Shown: one piece after another, positions 23,099 to 34,510 of the stretch
How positions within the stretch are numbered: position 1 is the stretch's first letter
Layout: every line of letters starts with the position of its first letter
Origin: Tricharina praecox
Taxonomy: Eukaryota
Assembly: GCF_024521635.1 (NCBI RefSeq)
Contig: NW_026250414.1
Location: forward strand, 496,001 to 560,000
Length of the DNA: 64,000 nucleotides
Direction of reading: 5' to 3'
Made by a program: the position numbers and the translations under genes
Notes under the pieces: model-generated
Told to the model about the DNA's origin: nothing
Databases searched by the model: none
The model's input: the letters and a program-made list of their open reading frames with translations, nothing else

Positions 23099-25559
23099 CT
23101 ACTGATTCCACCACGGCTGATTCTTGAAGTACAATCCAGTAGCCTGGACGCCCTGGGCGCCCTGAAACTGCTTGTTCATTCCATGGGTTGCCCAGGGTCC
23201 CACCGCGACCTCAATCAACTTCTTCGCCTGGCGGCCATAGATACTGCAGAGCTTCTTTGCGCCGCTGAAGATTATGGTGTTGACGACGAAGTAGTGCGTG
23301 TTGGTGAGCTTGCTGGGTGGGCTGTTGACGAGCGTTGCCAGCACGTGCCAGAGGTTGAAGGTCGGATACGGGTTTCGCATATTCGATCTCCCAAAGTCGC
23401 TGTGATGCGTGTTAGCAAGCTTGAGGTTCGACAAGATCGTAGGGTTGTCTACCGAGCAGCAATGGCAACGAAGCCGGCTGTCAACGCCTGCATCCGGCCA
23501 CTGTACTCCGCCTCAGACTCGGTTAATCCGTTTGCATCTTTCTTCCATCCGAGACGTTCCCTATCAGCGTCGGTGGCATCAGGGCCCATCTCGCCCCGGA
23601 GAATTGGGTTCGTCTTCAGGAGTCGAGCGACAAAAATATCGACGAACGACCTGCCACCTGGACAGTACTTGGGATCAGCAAAGACACTGGCGATGACGAC
23701 ACCGATCGGATCCGCAGCATCCGTTTTGGAGGAGCACTCCTGTAGCAGCTGGTGCTTGGCCATCTTCGCCAACTGGTTCACTATCCAGACAAACGTAATC
23801 GGGACCATGATATCCTGTGGAGCAGGTTGCAAGAGGTAGTTGGCAGCTGGAACCGAAGGACAGTTCATCTGCAGGACCTTGTCGAGGCATTTCTTGATAG
23901 CATCGCGCTGTTGACGCCAGTCAGTACCGCTAGTGGCTTGATTCCGCTCATGTATGGAGAGAATAAACATACAACTGTAACAGTCTGCTCCTTCAGGCCA
24001 TTGAGCTGTCCAAACTTGGGAATCAACTCACGACGGATCAGCTTCAGGCCACTTTCTTTGAGGAAAGTCTCATCAAGCTGTTTCAACCCCTTCAGGTTGG
24101 TGATGACCCGCTTGACCTTTGCCGTTTCGGCCTCGAAGGACCTCCTCCCATAGACGTCGGATGCGGCGCCCTGAAGTGGGGCACTCGGCGAGTTGGCAGC
24201 ATTGGCGGCATTCGCACTGGCAGCATTCGCACTGGCAGCATTCGCATTGGCAGCATTGGCAGCATTGGCATTGGCGGCATTGGCGGCAGCGGCAGCATCG
24301 GCCTGTTGTTTCTGCGCATTTTGCAGTGCTTCTCGTTGCCTCCTCTCGTTGTCTTCAGCCGCCTTCCTCGCCTCAGCCTGCTTCCTCTCCTGTTCCGCTC
24401 GCGCCTGCGCCGCCTCGGCCTCTTGCCGTTTCCTCTCCAGCTCTTCTTGTTCCCTTCGCAATCTCTCGGCCGCCTCGCGCTGTCTCTGCTCTTCGGCCGC
24501 CTTCTTGGCAGCCTCCAGCGCTCTGATCCTCTCCTGTTCCTGTCTCTCCAGCTCGAGCTGCCGCTGCTCTTCGGCTACTCTCCTATCGTAGACCACTTTA
24601 ATCTTCTGCTGGTATTCCGCTTCCAGTTGCGCGGCTTCCTTAGGATTGAACCTGTTTTCTTTCGAGAAAAGCGCATCCAACTCACGAGCCAACTGTCGAT
24701 TCGATTCCGGCCTAGTAATGGCCTCGCTGTACTCCGTGGCCTTAATGTGGAGAATCTCGAGCCGCGATGTAATCGCTTCAGCATCAGCAACGGCGCGGCC
24801 TTTGCCCTCGATTCCTGAATGAGCGATGCCGCCCGGAGCATCACGCCTCGGAGAGTATTGAGGCGACAATACCGGCGACGTTTCGTAAGACCTCAGTGGC
24901 GAGTCTGGGAGAGGCAAGCTCCGTGGGCTCTTTGTTGGTAACATCTCGGAGACGGTGGTCGCTTCGCTATCGTCCAGTGAGGCACCGCGGTAAGATCTCG
25001 GACTGGAAAACGCGATTTCGATGTCTTTGGTCTCTCTTGGCCGGGCTCGACTAGGATTCCCTGGCAATCATTATGTTAGACGTTGTCACAACCGATTACG
25101 CTTTCGGCGATAGTGATAGTAGGAGTAATGGTGATAAAGGAGGAGAAGGTCTACCGCGTGTAGTCGGCGCAGTGTTGCGGAGCGCATCGTCAAGTCTAGA
25201 CCTCAATCCCTCTGCAACCATTGTCAGCAACACTGCGAAGCGAACCGTAGGCGACCACTGGAGGGAAGCGAGTAAGTACGTTTTTTTGCCGAAGAGCGCG
25301 CCGTCGCGTTCGCCTTGTTGTAATCGTCTTCGGAATCGTCAGAGTCGTAGAACAAAACCGCCGACGGCTCCGCAAGCGGAGAGAGCGGGTGGTAGACTTC
25401 GCGTTGGCAACCATATGTGCCCGTCGACTGGGAGTTCTTCCACAGCAGCTGTAAGGTGGGGGAGATGGTGGGGTAATCTGCCTCGTTCAAGCGCTGCTGT
25501 GCGGGGGACGACGGCTGCTCGTCTGGCGACGTCACGGTAGACGTCTTGGTGGCAGACAT
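23099..25559 (-). CDS. GLE1: mRNA export factor Gle1
   Basis: Four GT-AG introns join a low-complexity N-terminus, a charged coiled coil (EEQRQLELERQEQER...) and a C-terminal GLE1 domain (IPKFGQL, WIVNQLAK, PIGVVIASVF, YSGRMQALTAGFVAI, YGRQAKKLI). Start codon choice is inferred. Confidence 0.85.
24190..24300 (-). repeat. Coding tandem repeat encoding (AAN/AAS/ANA)n in Gle1
   Basis: GGCAGCATT(C/G) units; protein AAAANAANANAANAANANAASANAASANAANAANS. Confidence 0.85.
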
Positions 25560-26086
25560 CGGTTCGACTCTCCTGACGATCGTGACTGAGTCTCCAACCA
25601 CGCGCGTTGGGGGATCAGTGTCGGTGTTAGTGACCACAGCGCGGATTGAGATGGTCGCGGAGAAATTTCTGGGGGGACTGAATTTAGGGAGATGTGAGTG
25701 GTGTGAGTAGTGTATGGAGATGTGAGTGGTGGTGAGGGGGGTGGTGGTGACGGGGAGTGGTCCAGACTCCAAAGTCTGTTTATGGCTGTGGCTGTTCGCC
25801 GAGAGGGGAGACCTGCCGGGTGAGCTTGGGGCCACCTTAGGTCGTGTTCGTGTTGCAGAGTTCATGCCCAAGCCACACACGCCGTCACGTGACATGAGTG
25901 GCTTGGCGTGACGTGCCGTGATCTTCGTTGGCCTCGAGTGACAATTTCTGTCCACATCTCTGCGAAACAAATTCCATGGACCAGTCGAACGTGTTGGTGT
26001 AGATAGCAATCCATCACGTCGTTTAGATAGCAATCGGTAGATAGATACATCTTAGACTTCTCACTCGACTGTGCGACCAGACTCTG

Positions 26087-26333
26087 GGCCTGTCCGGTTG
26101 TCAGCTGTATCCAGACTCTACCATACAAAATTGAGATACAGTTTGAAACCTTCAGTTTCCGCCCAAGTTAACAATTTGAGAAACTGCATAATAGGCATAA
26201 AAAGTGTGGCGTGCTGGGTTGCCGAACAGGTCATCAGGGGAGTTGAGAGTTTGCAGCTGAAGCTGTAGCTTTGGCAACCTTTAACTCGCCAAAATCGCGA
26301 ATTTTGAAAATGCAGCTGGCAACCGAATAGGTT
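26087..26333. mobile_element. MITE-like element (~247 nt) with ~24-nt imperfect terminal inverted repeats, PIF/Harbinger-like ends
   Basis: Left GGCCTGTCCGGTTGTCAGCTGTAT vs reverse complement of right end AACCTATTCGGTTGCCAGCTGCAT; all differences are transitions; AT-richer non-coding interior. Confidence 0.65.
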
Positions 26334-26429
26334 AGTTGAGTTCAGGGAGCCGCGCAGCTAGTAGCGAATACTTACCTTCATTCACTCATTCACTTTTTCC
26401 TTCTTTCTTGCTTTTCAGTCTTTCTTTTT

Positions 26430-26660
26430 ATTGAGCGGGTGGTTGAGCGGAAAGAGTTGGGTGGGAGTTGAATAGGGTGGGAGTTGAGGGGAGAGAGTTG
26501 AGCGGGAGTTGAGCGGAGAAGGTTAGGCGGGAGTTGAATGGAGAGGGTTAGGCGGGGGTTGAGCGGGGAGAGTTGGGTAGGAGTTGAATGGAGAGGGATG
26601 AGCGGAGCGAGTTGAACGGAGAGGAGCAGGGAAGGTTGAATCGCAGGGTGGGCGGAGAGC
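26430..26660. repeat. G-rich degenerate minisatellite (GAGTTGAGCGG / GAGTTGAATGG units)
   Basis: About 15 variant copies of (G)AGTTG(A/G).. visible. Confidence 0.75.
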
Positions 26661-27539
26661 AATAGGGAACCGGTATCGAACACACACACACTCTCTCTCT
26701 CACCTCAGGGAGCAGCGAGGCACGGATAAGAATGCACTGGCCATCTGCATCCGAGCCGATGATGCACGAGGTGACCGGCTTGTTCTACACACCATTGCGG
26801 CATCAGGATGATGACAGCGGGCACGGCTCGCATTGGGGCGTAGATTGAGTGCCAGCCAGGTAGCAGGGTGACTGGGCTTAGAATACCTGCGTGCCGGTTA
26901 ACCAGATGCTCACGTACCGGTGGTAGGTACTATGGACACCCGAGCGTTCTATGCACCGGCAGAGAGATTCGTCACGGCGATTGCGAGCGATCAGCCACCA
27001 AAGGAACATTCAGTCGATCAATCAATCGGCACGGGCAGCGGCACAGGCAGGTCCCTAGAATATCTACCCTGCCATGCCGTAGCCGCGCACAATCCGCTGT
27101 CCGGAATCACGACAACCGGGCACACGACGCATCGATCCGTCGATGGCAGCAAGCATGGACCAGATGCTCTGGCTCTCTGGGGGGAGGGGGCGGCTGCCCA
27201 TGTAGAGTAACTAACGTCAACGTCACCCACATCCCATCCCATCCCCATCCCGTCCCTTGCGTCGCTGGAGACGACGACTAACTAGAGTAGAGTGCCGGTA
27301 CTATCGACCGTCCGCGACGAGCGAGCTACGGTACTCTATGTACTCTAGACGAGGGCGATAGCTAAAACCCGTGATTGCATCAGAGAGGGTGGGTTGCGTG
27401 CGTGCCAGTGTTGAGCCACACTCAATCCGAATCGTGGTGCTGATGAGCTCTTTGGTCATGGTTTCGTATTGCCCGTCTGTGTGGCTGTCGTGAGATGAGT
27501 CGAGGATATCAGTTTGATTCCTGATCTCCATCAATCCGA

Positions 27540-29938
27540 TTGACATTCTCCATCAATCTCTCCTTCCCCCGAAAAGCCATACTGCTACCTCCATCCTCGG
27601 CCGAAACACTCCCTCATCTTCCCTCCTCCACCCTCATCATACGCATCGCAATCATCATCGTCACCACGGACCACTCCGCAAAATACATCTCCGCCTGCCT
27701 CTCTCGCTTGTCGCCCTCCGACACTCCTCCTCCCTACCCCAAGCAAGTACCTTCTGCAGCTCAGCCCTCTCCGACACAACACGATCCCTCCAAATCCTGT
27801 TTCATCCTCCTCCTCCAGCTAGCCAGCCAACCGAGAAGATCGATTATTCCCTTCCGTTCTCTCCCCTCCATCCACCTTCCTCTGCATCCCTCCGGGTTCC
27901 TCTCTCTCCGATTCGCTCGAGCCCGTTCACTCATCTGCCCTCGCCGCTGCCTCTCCCTCGAAGAAGAATCCGATCCGCCTGCCTGTGGTTAGCTGGCAGC
28001 TGTCACTGCATTGCCACTACATACATCCATAACCCGAGCTACAGCTACCTCCATACCTGCCTCCCCATCCGCCACACGAGGCATCAAGCCATCTAATCGC
28101 CTCCTTTTTTCCGGCGCAATCATCCCGCACGCAACACCCAATTCGACATATCTTCGGTGTTCTCCTACGCTAGGTAAGCCTGACTGAGGAAAAGCAAATA
28201 GAGAGACAGCATTGGCTGGTGACCGGAGACACAATTCAAACAGTTCCCCCAGAAAGAAAGCAGAAGGCAAAAAGACAGGCGTCTATTTATCCCAAGAGAC
28301 TGGCACTTGAACGAGTCTAATCATGCACCCCCCTACATATTGGGAACTGTTGCATACCGAATGCTAGTATCTTCATACATCCACGCATTATCACATCCCC
28401 AACCCTTCAGACACCGCCCCCAGTATCATCCCCAACCCCAGCCTATCCGACCCCCCTCCCCCTCGACCCCCCCAATCCCCCCTCCAGTGGCCCTCCCCGC
28501 CCCGTGTTGCACCAAGAACATCCCACCATTCAAACCCCTGTCCGCCCACCCACTGTTACGACGACCCCAACCCTCAACCACCAATCCGCGTCCTCCTCCA
28601 AATCCATCACCCGCCAATCATCCAATCCCTAAACTCTGCGCGGCATCAAAAGCCCGCTCTGCTCCACCTCCCCTTCCTCTTCCTCTTTCTCTTCTTCTTC
28701 TCCTCCCTTCAATCATCTCACGCCTTCTCTTCCTTCGAATCCATCCATCTCTCTCCCTTCTGCCTGCAAGCGTACATACTCCCCCCCTCTGCCTTCTTGC
28801 TCTTTGTTTGCTTCATTGCTGTCCGTAATCGACGCCGAAGCATCGTGTCCTCTATCTCTGTCTCTCTGTCTTGCCCGTGCTTCGCGGTGGCGGCCGCCGT
28901 GGTAGCGTGCGTTCGTGTTGGTGGCGGTGATGCTGACAGGCCCTCTACCGAGTCATAGTCCTTCCCTCCTTGACCACGAAACGAATTCCAACTCCTCCAT
29001 CGGCTCGGTGCTGCCATCAAAACCAACACCTCTGGGTCATCACCACCACATCGAAATTGACATCACTCTCCCTCCCCAACGATCTCTCACGCTTCCGCTT
29101 CCCGCCCCTCCCTGCGATCCTTCCCTCAGACAGTCCTCAACCTGATCCGCTAGCTCACCTTGATCCACGTAACTTGTTATCTACCCACATATTCACCACA
29201 GACCTCCTCCAGCTCGGCTCCCCTCCCCGAACCACCCCGGTCTCTCACAGCTCAACCGCGGCTGCAGCCTCTCTCGGCCGTGATCTACAGACTTCGAAAA
29301 ATAGGCAGAATCAATCTGTGACGTCGGTCTCAAACGTTCCCACCCCCTGGCTACCCACCCCCTTCGCCTCGCCTCGGAACTGGAGTCGCTTGTTGTTTCA
29401 AAGCTAGGTTACGACTTCCCGCTCAGACGAGACAACGACCGAAGAAACGAGAAAAAAAGAACTCGCGAGGACAGCAGAAGAAGGATCCCACCACCATTAC
29501 GACATTAACCATTTGTGTATCCACCAGCATAGTCCTTAACTAGCCGGATTGATCTATCTATATAGGCAACATATCTATCGACTTTACCGGCCTACTCCAG
29601 ATTACCGGATTTAACGTTTAACATCAAGGTGAGTTTCGGGTCCTCCCCACAAATATTAGCTCTCGGAGAGAAGCTTTGCTTTGCGTTGCTTTGCTTTGCT
29701 CGGCTCCCGGGTTCATAAGCATCGACTGGAAATGCTAACGGGCCACCCCGATGCCGTCATTAGCTCGCATCGCAACTTTACTCAGGGGCAACTTTGAATT
29801 AGCTCCGACACTCGCAACTACATCATAGCAACAGCGTTCTACGCAGTGAGTTTTATCCCTTTCTCCTTCCACAGGCTTGTTTTCCATGTGTTTCGAATCT
29901 AACGGACATGCTCAGGCAATCATTAAAACACAACTACC
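27540..29938 (+). promoter_or_regulatory. Putative long spliced 5' leader of SSD1
   Basis: Intron-like segments 28824-28958 (GTAATC..GCTGAC..TAG), 29629-29763 (GTGAGT..GCTAAC..TAG) and 29846-29916 (GTGAGT..CTAAC..CAG), plus a donor GTAAGC at 28173; intervening exonic sequence is CT-rich and lacks ATG. TSS not known. Confidence 0.55.
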
Positions 29939-32900
29939 ATGGATCCGCAACAGCAGAATCCCACCGGGCCCGGTGGCCGCAGACTACACATTGCGCACAG
30001 GAGGTCTCCTTCAGAATTGACGCCATTGATGAGTATGTCGCATTTTCTTCGCAGCAAGGATCCTTCAGTCCCCCAGGCCTCCGTTCCCGGGAGTCCAGTC
30101 GTCGAGGAAGATAATTTCAATGCGGCTATCCGTATAGCATGCTTACGCAATACAGTGGAGCAATTGGCTCTCCAGCAGCAGATCGAGATGCTTCAGGCCC
30201 AGCAGCAGCAAATGCTGAATGCACATCAACAGTATGCCAACATGGGGCTGCTTCCTCCGGGACAACCTCATCTCGCACCAAATTTTAACCCAATGCAGCA
30301 CCAGCAGATGGCGGGCATATCGCCGCATCAGCAACAGGCTAACTTTCAGTTCCCGCCTCAGCAACAGCAGGGGGCTGCTCCCCAAGGCGCTCCCACCCAG
30401 CCGTCGGCTCACAGGCGGAACGCGTCGGCTATGCCTGGTATGCAGGGCGCGGGCGGCCCCCCACCTGCACCTTCGTCTGGTGCTGCGGGTGGAAACTTCG
30501 GAGAGTTTAGCATGCCCGGCGCCGGCGGTAGCGGTGTTCCTCCACGTCGTCCTTCCGGTGGTCCGAGCGATCGTGGGCACCAGAGGCGGCACTCACTGGC
30601 CCTACCAGAAGCGAAGAAGGCTGCCGAATTAGCCCAACAACGCCGTGGCCAACCTGGTTTCCAGTTTCCAGCGTCTGGTGGTGGCACTTCAACCAGCCCG
30701 GGCGCCGACGCTGCCCCCACTAACACTAACGGTCCTTCGGCTTCCAATGAGACCTTGGCTGCTACTCCTCCGGCGGCCAATCCTCCCGCGCAGCCGAGTG
30801 GAACCCAGAACGCTGGCCCTCCTCAGGCTCGATCGATGAGGGGAGGACACGGACGCAGTCAGAGTCTTGCGGTTGGTCTCAATGGCCGGAGCCCCGTCGG
30901 TGGTCGCCTCGGTGGATTCCAGTTCCCGCCGCCAGCCGACGCAGGCGCTGGTGTCAATCAGCAGCAGCAGCAGCAGCAGCAGGGTGGCCCGCAGCCCGGT
31001 CAGAACGTCGAACGCCGCGGTAGCAACTCTGGGTTCCAAGGCCACGGCCGATCCGCATCGAGAAATTACCAGGACAACTGGCGTAACCCGAACCAAAACC
31101 AGTCGAATGCGCCTGTGGATGTTCAGAATCAGAATCAAAACCAACAGTTCAACCAGAGCTTCCAGCCCGGTCACCGCCAGAGAGCGTCGATGAGTGCCTC
31201 TATCGGATCATTCCAATTTCCTCCTCAGCCCAACCTCATGATTCCCGGCGCTGCAGGCCAGGGAATTTTCATCAACCCTGCCACGGGCCAACTCTTGAAC
31301 CCCGGCTTAATCCAGCAGCAGCAACTAACTCAGCTACAGATGCAGCAGGCCGCATTGGGCGCGCAGCAGCTCGGTCTCGGTGGTATGGGCCAGCAAGGCG
31401 GTCAGAATCTCTCGAACCAACAGCAGCAGCAACGCAAGACACTCTTTACCCCCTACCTTCCTCAAGCCAGCCTGCCGGCGTTGCTGGGTAATGGACAGTT
31501 GGTTGCCGGTATCCTGCGTGTCAACAAGAAGAACCGAAGTGACGCATACGTCTCCACCCAAGACGGGCTGTTAGACGCCGATATCTTCATCTGCGGAAGT
31601 AAGGACAGGAATAGGGCGTTGGAGGGTGACTTGGTCGCTATTGAGCTCCTCGACGTGGATGAGGTTTGGGGCCAGAAGCGGGAGAAAGAGGAAAAAAAGA
31701 AGCGCAAGGATATTACAGAGAGTACCCGCGGTGCCAACGTTAGCAGTAACAACGTCAACAATAGCTCCAACGATGCCACCGCCGGCGGCGATGGAGAGCA
31801 GGCTACTCAGCCCGGCGGCATGCGGAGGCGTGGCAGTCTTCGCCAGAGACCCACCCAGAAGAAGAACGATGACGTCGAGGTCGAGGGACAGTCGTTGTTG
31901 TTGGTCGAGGAGGAGGAGATCAACGACGAGCAGAAGCCGCTGTATGCCGGTCATGTCGTTGCTGTCATTGAACGTGTTGCTGGTCAGATGTTTTCTGGGT
32001 AGGTCCATCCCTGGAGATTTAGATGTTCGAGACACTTTCTAACCTTATCTCACGCAGCACATTGGGTCTTCTCCGTCCCAGCAGTCAAGCCACCAAAGAG
32101 AAGCAGGAGGCAGAAAGAGCCGCTCGGGAAGGTCACAATTCTCGACCGCATCAGGAGCGCCAGCAGGAGAAGCCAAAGATCGTGTGGTTCAAGCCTACGG
32201 ACAAGAGGGTTCCCTTGATTGCGATCCCCACCGAGCAAGCCCCCCGGGACTTTGTCGAGAACCACCAGTCCTACTCGAACCGCATCTTCGTGGCCTGCAT
32301 AAAGCGTTGGCCCATCACCTCCCTCCACCCCTTCGGTACCCTCGTCGAGCAACTCGGAGAGATGGGAGACATCAAGGTGGAAACCGACGCACTCCTCCGC
32401 GACAACAACTTTGGTCCAGACGAGTTTTCGGAAGCGGTTGTCAGGAACGTCGGTTTCGAGACGTGGTCAGTGGAAGGCGAGGAAGAAGAAACTATTGCTA
32501 CCCGTAAGGATCTCCGAGCGGAGCACACGTTTAGCATTCTTCCCAAGGAAGGATCCGAGATCAGCAATGCCTTCCACGTGAAGAAAGCCCGGGAAGGTGT
32601 TTGGGAGATTGGTGTCCACGTGGCGGATGTCACTCATTTCGTGAAGCCCAACTCTTTGGTGGACCGCGAAGCCAAGAAACGAGGAACTGCCGTCGAACTG
32701 GTCAATCGATACGTGCCCATGTTGCCAGCGAAGCTCGGAGAAGATCTGGTTTCCCTGAAGCCCGGTGAGGACAGGTTCGCGTTCAGTGTTGTCTTCAATG
32801 TCAACGAAGCCACTGGCGGCATTGACGGCGAGCCCTGGATTGGAAAGACGATCGTCAAGAACGACGCGACCCTTCTCTACAGTGCAGTGGATGCACTGGC

Positions 32901-34510
32901 CATTGGCAAGAGCGAGACCGAAGGCGAGACCGAGGGCGAGGCGGCACCCGAGGTGGATGAGAGCATCAAGGAGGCTGTTGATGCGCTGAAGGTAAGGCCC
33001 ACCATTCCATATGGGATATGATCAGTAGCTAACCGTGCTGCAGAAACTCACCAAGAAGTCCCGCGAGCAACGTTACGCTGTCGATGATGTTGTCATCCCA
33101 GCGATGCGTCTTCTCTACCAGACCGACGACGAGAATGTTCCCAACACGGAGAACATCTTCGAGACCCGGCTTGCGTACGAAATCGTGGAGGAGCTTCTCA
33201 TCAAGACCAACTCGCTTATTGCGGAGAAGATTGCGACCGGCTTGCCTGAGAAGGCCTTGCTCCGTCGCCAATCCCCTCCCAATCAGCGCCGTCTGACCAC
33301 CTTCGGTGAAAGAATCAATAGACTTGGTTACAACGTCGACATCTCCAGCGGTGCATCCCTCATGTCGAGCCTCTTCTGCCTGGAGGATGCCAAAATTCGC
33401 AAGGTGAGATATTTAACCCCCCCTACTCCATCGGATCTAACGGCTAATCAATTGTAGGGCATGGAAACTGTCTTGGTGAAGGCTATTCAGCGGGCCAAGT
33501 ACTATGTAGCCGGAAAGGTCGAAGCCGACCAGCGCGGTCACTACATCTACAACCTCCCGGTGTACACCCACTTTACCAACCCCATTCGTCGCTACTCGGA
33601 TATCATCGTTCAGCGTCAGCTTGAATCCGTGCTTTCCAACGGCGAAATCGAGTTTGTCGAAGACACTGAGGCTTTGAGCAAGACCGCCGAGCAGTGCAAC
33701 GTGAAGAAGGATTCCGCGAAGAATGCTCAGGAGCAGAGCATCCACATCGAACTTTGCCGTGCTGTGGACAAGCGTCGCGTGGCTCAGGATGGTGAACTGG
33801 TATGCGAGGCCATCGTTATCTGTGTCTACGAATCCGCTTTCGATGTTCTGATCCCCGAGTACGGTTTCGAGAAGAGGGTGCACTGCGACCAGCTTCCGCT
33901 CAAGAAGGCTGAGTTCGACAAGACCAACCGTGTTCTCGAGCTCTACTGGGAGAGAGGTGTCGCTTCCAACACCTATGTTCCTGAGGATGAGCGCCCCAAA
34001 GGAGCTGCTGCTCTTCGTGCCGCGAATGAAGCCGCTGCTGCCAGTGCCGCTGCCGCCAAGGCAAAGGCTGCTGAGGAGCGGGAAGAAGTCCAACGCAAGG
34101 CCATGGATATCTCGTCTCGGCCCAGCCACGAGGAGGATTCACTGTTCGACGATGACTCGGACGCCGGCGAAACCGACGAAGGAGTTGCACTTGCGCCCCC
34201 AGCCAACACACGGCCCACGCAGAGCATGCCCGGCTCACCCGCCAAGTCCCCCACTGCGTCTCAAACCCCTCACCGCACCCGATCGGACCCCAAGCTGTCG
34301 GTGTCGGCCCACGAGGATGCCGCACCAAAGGACGACGAGCAGGTGTCCAAGAAGGAGAAATACTTTCACATGTTTACCGTGCGCGAAGAAAAGGGCGATA
34401 ACATTCAGGAGGTCCGAGAACTCTCGAGGGTTCCCGTATACCTCAAGACGGAGTTGAGCAAGAGTCCTCCTTGCCTGACGATCCGTTCCCTGAACCCTTT
34501 TGCTTTGTAA
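29939..34510 (+). CDS. SSD1: Ssd1/GUL-1 RNase II-family pseudonuclease RNA-binding protein
   Basis: RRLHIAHRRSPSE N-terminus, multiple HxRxxS NDR-kinase sites (HRRNAS, HQRRHS, HGRSQS, HGRSAS), RKTLFTPYLPQ, GILRVNKKNRSDAYV, KIVWFKPTDKRVPLIAIP, RNB domain YTHFTNPIRRYSD, C-terminal CLTIRSLNPF; four introns (~30033-30155, 31999-32057, 32992-33043, 33404-33457). Confidence 0.96.

Noticed and set aside
26368..26394. ATACTTACCT resembling the U1 snRNA 5' end, followed by (CAYT)n
   Set aside because: No U1 stem-loops or Sm site follow; it runs into a microsatellite.
26868..27281. Short ORFs between the minisatellite and the SSD1 leader
   Set aside because: No homology cues, splice structure or convincing start context.
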